The notes under the pieces were generated by a model. It was not told where the DNA came from and did no database searches. It worked only from the letters and a program-made list of their open reading frames with translations. A program made the translations under genes and the position numbers. DNA of 64,000 nt from an uncultured Clostridium sp. (GTDB taxonomy: Bacteria > Bacillota > Clostridia > TANB77 > CAG-508). Positions 1 to 11,449 of this stretch are shown here, piece after piece. The stretch covers positions 11,264-75,263 of the forward strand of contig CANPFO010000001.1 in assembly GCA_947573555.1 (NCBI GenBank). Reading direction: 5' to 3'. Numbering within the stretch: the stretch's first letter is position 1; the number at the start of each line of letters is the position of its first letter.

Positions 1-209
1 GCCTCATCTAGACCTACTCCTGCTAAAATATATGCAACATTTAATGGATGTATTATATATGGCTCTCCAGAACGCCTTTTTTGGTCTCCATGATGTTCAA
101 ATGCATAGTTATATGCTTTTATTATTTGTTTTGAATCTACTTTTCTCGTTATTTCTTTCTTTTTTGAAATTACATCTTGTATTGTTATTTCTTTATTATT
201 TTCTTGCAT
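1..209 (-). CDS. relA: GTP pyrophosphokinase RelA/SpoT, N-terminal part only (continues off the window start)
   Basis: Reverse-strand translation from ATG (complement of 207-209) gives MQENNKEITIQDVISKKKEITRKVDSKQIIKAYNYAFEHHGDQKRRSGEPYIIHPLNVAYILAGVGLDE, which matches the RelA/SpoT HD-domain N-terminus (SGEPYI.HPL.VA.ILA). RBS agagggaaag lies upstream. This ORF is not in the supplied track. Confidence 0.6.
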   Translation of the reverse strand, partial: MQENNKEITIQDVISKKKEITRKVDSKQIIKAYNYAFEHHGDQKRRSGEPYIIHPLNVAYILAGVGLDE

Positions 210-316
210 CGCTTTCCCTCTTTTTCTTGACGTTTTATATCAATTTTGATATATTTATTTGGTTTTAGCATTTTTATCGCTTTTTGTAAGTCTACGGCTA
301 TTCAAAATAGCCGTTT

Positions 317-2002
317 TTATATTGATTTCATTATATCTTTTATATTTATCTGCAAATTATCTACACCATTAAATGTATTTATTTCCAAATTTCCAACAAC
401 ATCAATTTTATCTCCAATTTTATATTCATTTGCTAAATGTCCTAAATTAAATCCGATACTATTAATAATATTATTTCCATCTTTTAATGTCATTTTTATA
501 TGTTTTCCTTCTGACAAAGCTCTAATTGAATCTATTTTTAAATTTTTAAATGCAAATATTGGCATTTTATTACCTTCGCCAAATGGTTCTAGTTGTTTTA
601 AACTTTCAACAATTTCTTTATTGATTTCATTTAAAGTTATTTTTGCATCTATGTTTATTATAGGAATAATATCATCTATTTGAGCATCTTTAACTACTTT
701 TTCAAATTCTTTCGAAAACTCTTTTATTTTATCTTTTCTTACAGTTATTCCTATTGCCATAGCATGTCCGCCAAACTTCTCAATTGTATTTTGACATTTC
801 ATTAATGCCTCGTGCAAGTCAAACCCTGGTATGCTTCTTCCAGACCCTCTTGCCATATCTTCCTCATTACAAAGTAATATACTAGGTTTAAAATATAAAT
901 CTGTAATTTTAGATGAAACTATTCCAATTACTCCATGGTGCCAATTTTCTCCACTTACTACTATTGCACCTTTTTCATATAATCTATTTTTTTCTATTTG
1001 CTCTACTGCATCTTGATAAATAGATTTTTCTTTTTCCTGCCTTATAGTATTATATTCATTTAATTTTTTTGTCAATTCATTTACTTCATAAATATCTTTT
1101 GATAAAAATAGCCTTAAAGCTTCATATGCATGTCCCATTCTCCCAGAAGCATTTATTCTTGGTGCTATTCCAAATGATATAGAATTTGAGTCTATATTTT
1201 GATATCCTGAGGACATCAAAAGAGATTTTAATCCCATATTCCTTGTTTGTTCTACTAATTTTAGCCCCAATTTTGTTATAACTCTATTTTCATCAACTAA
1301 TGGTACTATATCTGAAATTGTTCCTATACATACAATATCTAAATATTTTAGATATTCTTTTTCTTCTAATCCCATTTTTATTCCAATTGCTTGTATCAAT
1401 TTAAATGCAACTCCAACTCCAGCTAAGTCTCTACAAGGATATTGATTATCTTTTCTTTTTGCATCTACAACTGCTAAAGCTTTGGGCAAACTTTCACCAA
1501 CCTCGTGATGGTCTGTTACTATTACTTCTATTCCTAAAGAATTTGTGTATTCTATTTCTTCAATTGCAGAAATTCCACAGTCGACTGTTATCATTAAATT
1601 ATATTCTTCTTTTGCTATTTGTTCTATTGCTGGCTTATTTAATCCATATCCTTCTTCTAATCTATTGGGAATATATTGATCTACTTTCATTCCTCTATCT
1701 TCTAAAAAGCTTTTTAGTACTGTTATACTCGTTATTCCATCTACATCATAGTCCCCATATATTATTATTTTTTCCTTATTTTCTATTGCTTTTAATATTC
1801 TATCTACTGCAATTTCCATATCTGGCATTAAAAATGGATTATGAAAGTTATTTCTTGTTGGCATTAAAAATGTTTCTATGTCTTTTTCTTTAATTTCTCT
1901 ATTTACAAGTATTGTCGACAATAATTCATTTATGTTATATTTTTTTGAAATTCTCTCTATTTCTAGTTCATTTGTCTCATATATCTGCCATTTTTTGTTC
2001 AT
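317..2002 (-). CDS. recJ: Single-stranded-DNA-specific exonuclease RecJ (DHH/DHHA1)
   Basis: 561 aa with the DHH motif (VTDHH), a GMGLEEKEY linker and a DHHA1 C-terminus; typical RecJ length and order. relA follows, as in Bacillus. Confidence 0.85.
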   Translation of the reverse strand: MNKKWQIYETNELEIERISKKYNINELLSTILVNREIKEKDIETFLMPTRNNFHNPFLMPDMEIAVDRILKAIENKEKIIIYGDYDVDGITSITVLKSFLEDRGMKVDQYIPNRLEEGYGLNKPAIEQIAKEEYNLMITVDCGISAIEEIEYTNSLGIEVIVTDHHEVGESLPKALAVVDAKRKDNQYPCRDLAGVGVAFKLIQAIGIKMGLEEKEYLKYLDIVCIGTISDIVPLVDENRVITKLGLKLVEQTRNMGLKSLLMSSGYQNIDSNSISFGIAPRINASGRMGHAYEALRLFLSKDIYEVNELTKKLNEYNTIRQEKEKSIYQDAVEQIEKNRLYEKGAIVVSGENWHHGVIGIVSSKITDLYFKPSILLCNEEDMARGSGRSIPGFDLHEALMKCQNTIEKFGGHAMAIGITVRKDKIKEFSKEFEKVVKDAQIDDIIPIINIDAKITLNEINKEIVESLKQLEPFGEGNKMPIFAFKNLKIDSIRALSEGKHIKMTLKDGNNIINSIGFNLGHLANEYKIGDKIDVVGNLEINTFNGVDNLQINIKDIMKSI

Positions 2003-2155
2003 ATTTTTCTCCTATTTTTACTTTTTTTATATTGTACAACATTTTATAACATTTTTAAAGCTTTTCTAAAAATTTTTTAGGGCAAAAAAATTGTCTTTCA
2101 TTTCTTACCAAATAAAAAAGTTGATATCTAATATACCAACTTTTTATTTATCTTA

Positions 2156-2887
2156 TTAAATTTGTTTTGCAAACACTATTGTTCTTTGATCATTACTTGC
2201 ATCTGTACAAGTTGATAAAGTTAATTCTGCTAAACCATTTGTATCTCTTGAATAAAATGATGTATCTGTATGTGAAGCTTCAAATTTATTATAAACCTCA
2301 TAAGTTATTGATTTTCCTTGATAATCTGTTACATATATTTTTGCCCCTTTTGTAATTTTCTTTAAATTAGAGAAAAATAATCCATTTCTATAATTATGAC
2401 CTATTATTACAGTATTACCAGGCTTATTTAAATTATCACCACTTGGATATAACGCAACAACTGCTGTTTCTAGTGCTTTTGTTGTTATTTCTTCAAGTAT
2501 TGGATATTCAAAGTTTATTGAAGGAATTTTCATAGTCCCCACAGCAGTAAAACCTTTATACTTTTTCTTTGTATTTGAAGAAGAATTTGTATTTGTATTA
2601 GTATTTGAATTTACATTTGTGTTAGTATTACCTATTATCTCATTTGAATTTAAAGTCAAGTTTCCTTCTATAACATCATTAACTTTATTATTATTTGATA
2701 TATTTCCTATTATTGTATTTTCTGATGTTACCCCACTTTGGAACGAATCTACAAAGTCCGATGCTTGTTTTGATATACTAAATTTTTGTATATAATCAAA
2801 TGTCAAAAATCCTAATAATGATACTATTGCTATTATTACTATTATTAATATTACTGTTAATACCTTACTATATTTACTTTCAAACAT
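2156..2887 (-). CDS. Sortase (class B-like) with N-terminal membrane anchor and Asn/Thr-rich linker
   Basis: N-terminal TM helix, a low-complexity NTNTNVNSNTNTNTN linker, and the catalytic TLSTC (TLxTC) motif near the C-terminus. Confidence 0.7.
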   Translation of the reverse strand: MFESKYSKVLTVILIIVIIAIVSLLGFLTFDYIQKFSISKQASDFVDSFQSGVTSENTIIGNISNNNKVNDVIEGNLTLNSNEIIGNTNTNVNSNTNTNTNSSSNTKKKYKGFTAVGTMKIPSINFEYPILEEITTKALETAVVALYPSGDNLNKPGNTVIIGHNYRNGLFFSNLKKITKGAKIYVTDYQGKSITYEVYNKFEASHTDTSFYSRDTNGLAELTLSTCTDASNDQRTIVFAKQI

Positions 2888-2967
2888 ACTTTTACCTCCG
2901 TATCTTTATATGACTATAATATAATTATAACATATAAAAATACATTTTACAATTTCTAAAATACAAA

Positions 2968-3312
2968 TTATACAATTTTATCTCCAAATTTAGCCCCTGC
3001 TAATATATGGAAATGCAAGTGCATTACCTCTTGTCCAGCATCTTTGCCACAATTAACAATTACTCTATATCCACTTTCTTTAAAACCTTGTTCTTCTGCT
3101 ATTTTATTTATAACTCCATATATTTTTCCAATAATTGGCTCATCTTCTTTTTTTATGTGTGCTAAAGATTCTATATGTTTTTTTGGTATTACTAATATAT
3201 GAATTGGTGCAGCTGGATTTATATCATTAAATGCTAATATTTCTTCATCCTCATAAACCTTTTTTGAAGGAATTTCTTCTTTTATTATTTTACAAAATAT
3301 ACAATCTTCCAA
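2968..3312 (-). CDS. HIT-family (histidine triad) nucleotide hydrolase
   Basis: 114 aa with the HxHxHxx triad (HLHFHIL). Confidence 0.85.
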   Translation of the reverse strand: MEDCIFCKIIKEEIPSKKVYEDEEILAFNDINPAAPIHILVIPKKHIESLAHIKKEDEPIIGKIYGVINKIAEEQGFKESGYRVIVNCGKDAGQEVMHLHFHILAGAKFGDKIV

Positions 3313-3354
3313 ATTTATTCTCCTCTCTTATAAGAGTACTCCTCTTTCACTTTT

Positions 3355-3390
3355 TAAAGGGATTTTTAGGAACGTCCCTAAATCCCTTTC
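3355..3390 (-). terminator. Hairpin overlapping the alaS stop codon (aaagggattt...aaatcccttt)
   Basis: 10-bp stem with a 14-nt loop that includes the alaS TAG codon, read on the minus strand. Confidence 0.4.
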
Positions 3391-5156
3391 TCTAAAATAG
3401 CCTTTATTCTTCTAATACCCGCAGAACTTGCTTCTTCCTTACTTATTTTAAATTTTCCAAGTTCTTTAGTATTTTTAACATGTGGTCCTCCACACAACTC
3501 TTTTGATACTGTTCCTATCGAATATACTGTTACAACATCTGGATACTTTTCTATAAACATACATTCTGCACCAGATTTAACAGCTTCTTCCTTTTTCATT
3601 TCCTCTACTGTTACATCTAAGCCTTCTTGAATCCATTTATTTACTAAGTCCTCTGTCTGTTTCTTTTCTTCATCAGTCATCTTATGATCACAATTAAAAT
3701 CAAATCTCATTCTTTCAGCTGTAATGTTTGAACCTCTTTGATGTGTTTCTGGTCCTAGTACTATTTTTAATGCTGCATTTAAAAGATGTGTTGCTGTATG
3801 GTATGCTGTTGTTTCTTCATTTTGTTCCGCCAAACCACCTTTAAATTTTTGTTCTGAACCTGCTCTTGATTTTTCTTGATGCATTTTAAATAGATCTTGA
3901 AATTTATTCATATCTACTGAAATCTCATTTTCTTCTGCCAATTCTTTAGTTACCTCTGGTGGAAATCCATATGTGTCATATAATCTAAATACTATTTCTC
4001 CATTTATTATATTTTTTCCTTGTTCTTTAGCTTTGCTCATTTCTTTCTTAAATTCTTTTTCTCCATGTTCTAATGTTTTTACAAACTTGTCTTTTTCTTC
4101 TATAATTGTATTTTTAATATTATCTCTATTATTTTCTAGTTCTGGATATAATTCTTTTAAGTTCTCAATATTTACATCTATTAATGTTGAAATCTCATTT
4201 AAATCTATTTGCAACTTGTTCATATGTCTTACCATTCTACGTATTAATCTCCTTAAAATATACCCTCTATCAACATTGCTTGGTTTTCCACCATCACATA
4301 TTATCATCATACTTGAACGTAAATGCTCTGCTATAATTCTTCTGCTTTCTATTATATCTACTTTTTGTAATTCTACCAGCTTATCCATTACAAGCTTAAA
4401 AATTTCTGTATCAAATGGTGTTTCTTTTCCTTGTAATAGCATTGTCATTCTTTCAAGTCCAAGTCCTGTATCAACATTTTGTTGTGATAATTTTGTATAT
4501 TTTCCCTCTTTAGTTTTATAGTATTCCATAAATACATTATTCCATATTTCAACATATTTTCCACAATCACAAGAAGGTTGACAATTTGGAGAACATGCTG
4601 GTTTCCCAGTATCATAAAACATCTCAGTATCTGGTCCACAAGGTCCTTCATCTCCTGCTATCCACCAGTTATCATCCTTTCCATAATAATAGATATGTCC
4701 ATCTAATATCCCAGCTTTTTTCCAGCATCCTGCTGCTATTTCATCTCTCGGACAGTCTTTATCTCCTGCAAATACTGTTACTGATAATTTTTCAACTGGT
4801 ATTTGCAATTCTTTTGTTAAAAAGTCAAAGCTCATTTGTATTGACTCTTCCTTAAAATAATCTCCTAATGACCAGTTTCCTAACATTTCAAAATAAGTTA
4901 AGTGTCTATTATCTCCTACTTCTTCTATGTCATTTGTTCTTACGCATTTTTGATAATCTGTAAGTCTTGTTCCTAATGGATGTTTTTCTCCTAATAAATA
5001 TGGTACTAATGGTTGCATTCCTGCTGTATTAAATAATACAGATGGGTCATTTTCTGGTATTAATGGTGATGATGGTATTATTTTGTGTCCGTGATTTTCA
5101 AAAAATTTTAAATATTTATTTCTTATTTCTATTGCTTTCATTTTCTTTCCTTTCAT
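3378..5156 (-). CDS. alaS: Alanine--tRNA ligase, short form (catalytic + tRNA-recognition + editing domains; no C-Ala domain)
   Basis: N-terminus KAIEIRNKYLKFFENHGH, GLGLERM, LYDTYGFP, and the editing-domain HxxxH (HTATHLL) and CGGPHV motifs. Only 592 aa against ~870 for canonical AlaRS. A sigma-A-like promoter (ttgatt-17-tataat) sits immediately upstream, leaving no room for a T-box. Confidence 0.8.
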   Translation of the reverse strand: MKGKKMKAIEIRNKYLKFFENHGHKIIPSSPLIPENDPSVLFNTAGMQPLVPYLLGEKHPLGTRLTDYQKCVRTNDIEEVGDNRHLTYFEMLGNWSLGDYFKEESIQMSFDFLTKELQIPVEKLSVTVFAGDKDCPRDEIAAGCWKKAGILDGHIYYYGKDDNWWIAGDEGPCGPDTEMFYDTGKPACSPNCQPSCDCGKYVEIWNNVFMEYYKTKEGKYTKLSQQNVDTGLGLERMTMLLQGKETPFDTEIFKLVMDKLVELQKVDIIESRRIIAEHLRSSMMIICDGGKPSNVDRGYILRRLIRRMVRHMNKLQIDLNEISTLIDVNIENLKELYPELENNRDNIKNTIIEEKDKFVKTLEHGEKEFKKEMSKAKEQGKNIINGEIVFRLYDTYGFPPEVTKELAEENEISVDMNKFQDLFKMHQEKSRAGSEQKFKGGLAEQNEETTAYHTATHLLNAALKIVLGPETHQRGSNITAERMRFDFNCDHKMTDEEKKQTEDLVNKWIQEGLDVTVEEMKKEEAVKSGAECMFIEKYPDVVTVYSIGTVSKELCGGPHVKNTKELGKFKISKEEASSAGIRRIKAILEKGI

Positions 5157-5240
5157 TATAATATATTTTTTATTATCTAAGGCTGACTTGTAACCAGATT
5201 ATACTATTTTTCATTTTAAAAATCAATATTATATTGTTTT

Positions 5241-5660
5241 AAGTTTGGTATTTTTTTACAATGAGTTTCCTAGAACCCTTCCTAATAGTACCTAAAATTA
5301 ATAAAGATTGCTTGAGTGGAATGAAAGATAGAAGTTGTAAAATAAAAGAATGATTATTTTTCACTTAGGCTAAAAAATTATTAATGTATCTTTTGATAAA
5401 ACTTTTAATGTGACTGGAATAAATTTAAAACTTCTTAATTAGTTTATGGAAGGGTGCCATAAAATAATTTTAGAAGTTTTTGATTTATGTATTGAGCTGA
5501 AAAGTTTTTGAAAAAGATACATTAATAATTTTTTCCCGTGAACGTTACTTATTTTTTTATTTTACAACTTCTATCTTTCATTCCACTCAAGCAATCTTTA
5601 TTAATTTTAGGTACTATTAGGAAGGGTTCCAAGAAATTCATTGTAAAAAAATACCGAACT
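5241..5660. repeat. Palindromic MITE-like repeat, copy A (~420 bp, ~100-bp terminal inverted repeats)
   Basis: 5248-5345 is the near-perfect reverse complement of 5557-5655. The interior shares motifs (ggaatgaaagatagaagttgt, ttttcccgtgaac, cacttaggctaaaaa) with copies at 33000-33370 and 55284-55617. Confidence 0.7.
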
Positions 5661-5704
5661 AAAATATATTGTATTTTTTGTACTTTTCTAGTATAATTAC
5701 TATT

Positions 5705-6583
5705 ATGAAAAAGTTAATTGTTGATAAAAAATATGATGGAAAAAAATTAAATAAATTTTTGTTAGATAATATTCCAAACTTGTCCTATAGTCTTTTTTGT
5801 AATACTCTTAGAAAAAAAGATATTAAAATAAATGGTAAACGTACAAATAAGGATGTTTCTATTTATAATGGTGATGAAATTTTAGTATATATTTCAGATG
5901 AATTACTTCAATATAAGAATAGTTCTATTAGTAGTCTAGATATAATCTATGAAGATTCTAATATTTTGGTTATTAATAAGCCTTCTAATATTGAAGTTAC
6001 TGGTAATAATTCTTTAACTGATTTAGTTCATCAGTATTATAAAGATTCATCTTTTAAGCCTATGCCTTGCCACCGACTTGATAGAAATACTATTGGTTTA
6101 ATTTTATTTGCCAAAAACGAAGAAAGCTTAAATATTTTATTAAATAAGTTTAAAGAACATGAAATTGAAAAACATTATTTAGCTTGGGTTTATGGTATTC
6201 CTACTGTTGATTATAAAAGAGTTGAAAGTTACTTATTTAAAGATAATAAAAAGTCTATGGTTTATATTTCTAATATACCCAAAAAAGGATATGTTAAAAT
6301 TATAACTTCTTTTTCTGTACTTGAAAAAAAGTCTGATAATACGTGTATTTTAGATGTCCAGATTGAAACAGGTAAAACTCATCAAATTAGAGCTCATTTA
6401 GCTTATTTAGGTTACCCTATTATTGGTGATGGCAAATATGGAAAAAACGATATTAATAAATTGTTTGGTAAAAAGGAGCAAATGCTTTGTAGTTATATTT
6501 TAAAATTTAATTTTAAAAATGATTCTGGTCCTCTAAATTATCTTAATTCTAAATGCTTCGTTTTAGAAAATACTTGTTACTAG
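5705..6583 (+). CDS. RluA-family 23S rRNA/tRNA pseudouridine synthase
   Basis: HRLDRNTIGLILFAKN catalytic motif, S4-like N-terminus and THQIRAHL. The likely start is ATG 5705 (MKKLIV), after a tataat box; the track ORF starts inside the repeat. Confidence 0.75.
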   Translation: MKKLIVDKKYDGKKLNKFLLDNIPNLSYSLFCNTLRKKDIKINGKRTNKDVSIYNGDEILVYISDELLQYKNSSISSLDIIYEDSNILVINKPSNIEVTGNNSLTDLVHQYYKDSSFKPMPCHRLDRNTIGLILFAKNEESLNILLNKFKEHEIEKHYLAWVYGIPTVDYKRVESYLFKDNKKSMVYISNIPKKGYVKIITSFSVLEKKSDNTCILDVQIETGKTHQIRAHLAYLGYPIIGDGKYGKNDINKLFGKKEQMLCSYILKFNFKNDSGPLNYLNSKCFVLENTCY

Positions 6584-6719
6584 TTAATTCTGTTAAAATA
6601 ATTGTATGAACTATTCTATATAATTAGATATAAAAAGAATTAACTAATTCCAAATACCAAATTTTAAATAGCTTTATATGTTGCTTTTTGTTTTTTTATA
6701 TTGTATAATATTATTGATT

Positions 6720-6793
<74 letters not shown>

Positions 6794-6906
6794 ACGACGT
6801 TTCTGTTCGAACTTTTTATAGAGCAGATAGATATGAAAATCAATCAGTAAAATGGTTGATTTTTTGTTTGTGAAAAAATCTTCCAACAGAAAGGAGGATT
6901 ATTTTT

Positions 6907-7179
6907 ATGGTTAAGATAATTAAGCAAGAACTAGAATTTGAGGAATGTCTAAAACAAAGGCTTGAATTTATATGTGAGTTTTCTAAAGTTACTCCTACTT
7001 TTGTAAATGGAAGTATTAGAAAATTAGAGAAAACTAATCTTACATATATTGAGCCACACAGAGTGATTATTAAAGATATTACTTTTTTAGTTTTTAATTA
7101 TTCAAACGATGTTTACATTTCTAATTTGACTCAAAAGATTAAATTATCGGAGTTAGAAGAATATTTGAAAAACATATAA
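6907..7179 (+). CDS. Small hypothetical protein at the left end of the mobilizable element (paralog at 13632-13826)
   Basis: Strong RBS aaaggagg. The motif G.IR.L..TNL.YIEP....I.D is shared with the ORF at 13632-13826. Confidence 0.45.
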   Translation: MVKIIKQELEFEECLKQRLEFICEFSKVTPTFVNGSIRKLEKTNLTYIEPHRVIIKDITFLVFNYSNDVYISNLTQKIKLSELEEYLKNI

Positions 7180-7390
7180 ATGTAAATATTTGACATTTCT
7201 AAAAATCGTAGTATAATATAATCAATGAAAAATTTATATTTGCTCGGCAAGAGTTAGATATATGAGTACTTTGAAAAAAATTATATTATATTACATTATT
7301 ATATTTTAGTTTATGATAAATGTATTTAAGAGATGTCAGTAGTACTCGTGTGTACTTTGATGTCTCTTTTTTGTTAGATTGGAGGTTTAA

Positions 7391-9322
<1,932 letters not shown>

Positions 9323-9389
9323 CGTGACACGTTTTGTTTTTACAAAGTAAAAATGAAAGTGGCGATAGTTAATTTGAATAAATTTTAGC

Positions 9390-9486
9390 TCTGTGAGATA
9401 AAATTTATTGCCTCGCAGAGCCCCCATGTTATGATAGTATGTCATAACATATAGGGGGTTAGGACTTGTGACAAGGTCAAAGTCCT
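9390..9486 (+). promoter_or_regulatory. Three consecutive hairpins upstream of mob (candidate oriT)
   Basis: ctctgtgag...ctcgcagag; cccccatgttatga-tagta-tcataacatataggggg; aggacttgtgacaaggtcaaagtcct. Confidence 0.35.
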
Positions 9487-9519
9487 GTGCTACGAAGAAA
9501 GTTCAAAGGAGGTGCTTTT

Positions 9520-10905
9520 ATGGAGCAAGAATTAGCATATTCTTTTCACTTGGGTAGTGATAAAAATAAAAGTAAATTAGCAAAGAAAGTTGCAAAAGAA
9601 AATGTATCTGGTACTACTTCTCTAGCTAATAATGCAATTCAAAATGCAAAAGATTTATCAGATGTTAATAAACACAATTTAAGAGATTATGATAATCAAA
9701 CAGAACTAATTAGAACAATATATGGGACAAGTGATATTGTAAATGATGTTAAACAAGTATATTTAGAAGAATTTGAACAAGCAAGAATTGAATATAACAA
9801 TAAGCAAACTAGAAATGACAGAAAAATAGATAATTACTTTATAAAAGTATGCGAATCACAGAATGATATTGCGTGTGAAATAATAATAGAACTTGGAGAT
9901 ATGGACTTTTGGAATGATAAAGATGAAAGATATAGATTTAAAATGGTTGATGTATATAATGAACAAATAAAAGACTTAATAAGAATCGTCCCAGATTTTA
10001 AGATAGCAAATGCAACAATACATTTTGATGAAGTTTCTCCCCATATGCACATTGTAGGTGTTCCAGTTTCTTATGATTGTAAAAGAGGAATGAAAAAACA
10101 AGTAGTAAAATCAAAGTTATTTACTAAAACCACATTAACACAAATACAAGATAAAATGAGAAATGCTTGTATAAAGTCTTTTAATAAGTTCTATGATATG
10201 GATTTTAAGCTAAAAGAAAAGCAAAAAGGCAGAAATCAAGATATAAATGTTAGAGATATGAACAATTATAGAGAAATCAAGAAACAACTAGCTAAAAAGG
10301 AACAAAAACTTGAGAAAGCCAATACACAAACTAAAGAACTTGATAATACCAGCAAAGATATAACAGAAATATTAAACAATCTAAAACCTACTTTGATGAA
10401 TAAAAATAATATGGTTATTTCAAACGAGGATGTCCAGAAAATCAAAAATTATACAAATGATGTAAAAGATATAACCCAGACAGTAAGAAACGTAAATGAC
10501 TTAAATATGGCTATTAAAGATTTTGAACATTCTGCTTTTGAAATAGAAAAGGAAAATCGTTCACTTAAATATGAAATAGAACTAAAAGATAATCAAATCG
10601 ATAGCTTAAAAAGGGAACTATCTACTAAAGACAAGATTATAGGTAAGTTACAAGCTGAAAAAGAAAAACTAAAACAAGAATTGCAGAAATTTAAAGGCTT
10701 TTGGCATCGTATTATGAGCCATTTTCACAAAAGAATTTGCTATGATAAAGATAATAACTATAAAATTGTAAGTGATGACTTATATAAGAACGGAATATTT
10801 GATGATAATGATAATGAAATAGCAAATAATATGTATAGAAAAGTAACAATACCAGATGAAAATAAATCTGCAAAAAATAGAAATAAAAATGATACAAGAT
10901 TTTAA
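9520..10905 (+). CDS. Mob/Pre (MobV-family) plasmid recombination/relaxase protein
   Basis: HFDEVSPHMHIVGVP (HxDE..PH.H relaxase motif) and a long coiled-coil C-terminus. The likely start is MEQELAYSF after RBS aaaggagg. Confidence 0.8.
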   Translation: MEQELAYSFHLGSDKNKSKLAKKVAKENVSGTTSLANNAIQNAKDLSDVNKHNLRDYDNQTELIRTIYGTSDIVNDVKQVYLEEFEQARIEYNNKQTRNDRKIDNYFIKVCESQNDIACEIIIELGDMDFWNDKDERYRFKMVDVYNEQIKDLIRIVPDFKIANATIHFDEVSPHMHIVGVPVSYDCKRGMKKQVVKSKLFTKTTLTQIQDKMRNACIKSFNKFYDMDFKLKEKQKGRNQDINVRDMNNYREIKKQLAKKEQKLEKANTQTKELDNTSKDITEILNNLKPTLMNKNNMVISNEDVQKIKNYTNDVKDITQTVRNVNDLNMAIKDFEHSAFEIEKENRSLKYEIELKDNQIDSLKRELSTKDKIIGKLQAEKEKLKQELQKFKGFWHRIMSHFHKRICYDKDNNYKIVSDDLYKNGIFDDNDNEIANNMYRKVTIPDENKSAKNRNKNDTRF

Positions 10906-10963
10906 TATGGAGGTAATTTGAATATGGAAACAGACAAAGTTAAATATTTAATAAATATGATAT

Positions 10964-11215
10964 ATGGATATAAAGAATAAATTAAGATTAGCAATATGTA
11001 TGAGTGATAGTAGTTATACTAATCTAAAATACGATAAGCCTGAAATTTATGTAAGATTTGATAATATGTTAAAAGAAATTGATGATGAGTATAGAACTAC
11101 CTTAATAAATTTTGCTAAATATCATCTTATAATGTTTGCAATGGCTAAGATTATGGAAATGACAAAAGAAGAACAAAATCAAGTTGCTTTATATTTGTTC
11201 AACAATATAATATAA
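10964..11215 (+). CDS. Small hypothetical protein of the element (orfX); the true start may be ATG 11063
   Basis: The C-terminal 50 aa (MLKEIDDEYRTTLINFAKYHLIMFAMAKIMEMTKEE) are duplicated at 15320-15511. Confidence 0.4.
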   Translation: MDIKNKLRLAICMSDSSYTNLKYDKPEIYVRFDNMLKEIDDEYRTTLINFAKYHLIMFAMAKIMEMTKEEQNQVALYLFNNII

Positions 11216-11277
11216 TTTATATGTTTTTTATTTATAAATATATACAAAAATACAAGATTATGATAAAATATCTTTAA

Positions 11278-11395
11278 TAATTTTATTAGAGTAGAAAATA
11301 AATAGTTAAGACTTAGTAGACGGGAAGTTGTTACTAAGGCAAGAAGAAATTCGCTTATTTATTTTCGCATTCCGCTAATAAGAATAAGGAATAGT
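11278..11395 (+). ncRNA. Candidate THF (tetrahydrofolate) riboswitch aptamer, followed by an SD-sequestering hairpin
   Basis: P1 auuuuauuag/cuaauaag brackets AGAGUAG...GUUAAG...GGGAAG...GCAUUCCGCU, resembling the THF-riboswitch consensus (AGAGUAG, GUUAAGUG, GGGAUG/GCAUCCGCU pseudoknot). Downstream, cuccuuuucuuuu can pair with aaagaaaaaggagg (the RBS). Confidence 0.4.
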
Positions 11396-11449
11396 ATAAC
11401 TCTCTCCTTTTCTTTTAATGCGGAAAATAAAGAAAAAGGAGGATTTTTT

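Noticed and set aside
287-312. Hairpin acggctattcaaaatagccgt between recJ and relA as a terminator
   Set aside because: The T-run follows on the plus strand, where no upstream plus-strand gene exists. It may be a bidirectional terminator or RNA-processing hairpin, but the evidence is too weak to annotate.
32-683. Plus-strand ORFs 32-268 and 246-683 at the window start
   Set aside because: Low-complexity Leu/Phe/Ile-rich translations of AT-rich DNA that overlap the well-supported minus-strand relA fragment and recJ 3' end. The same reasoning covers the many other antisense ORFs in the track (e.g. 1405-1893, 3973-4521, 23283-23603, 28016-28315, 53283-53669, 54082-54690, 58829-59188, 63251-63664).
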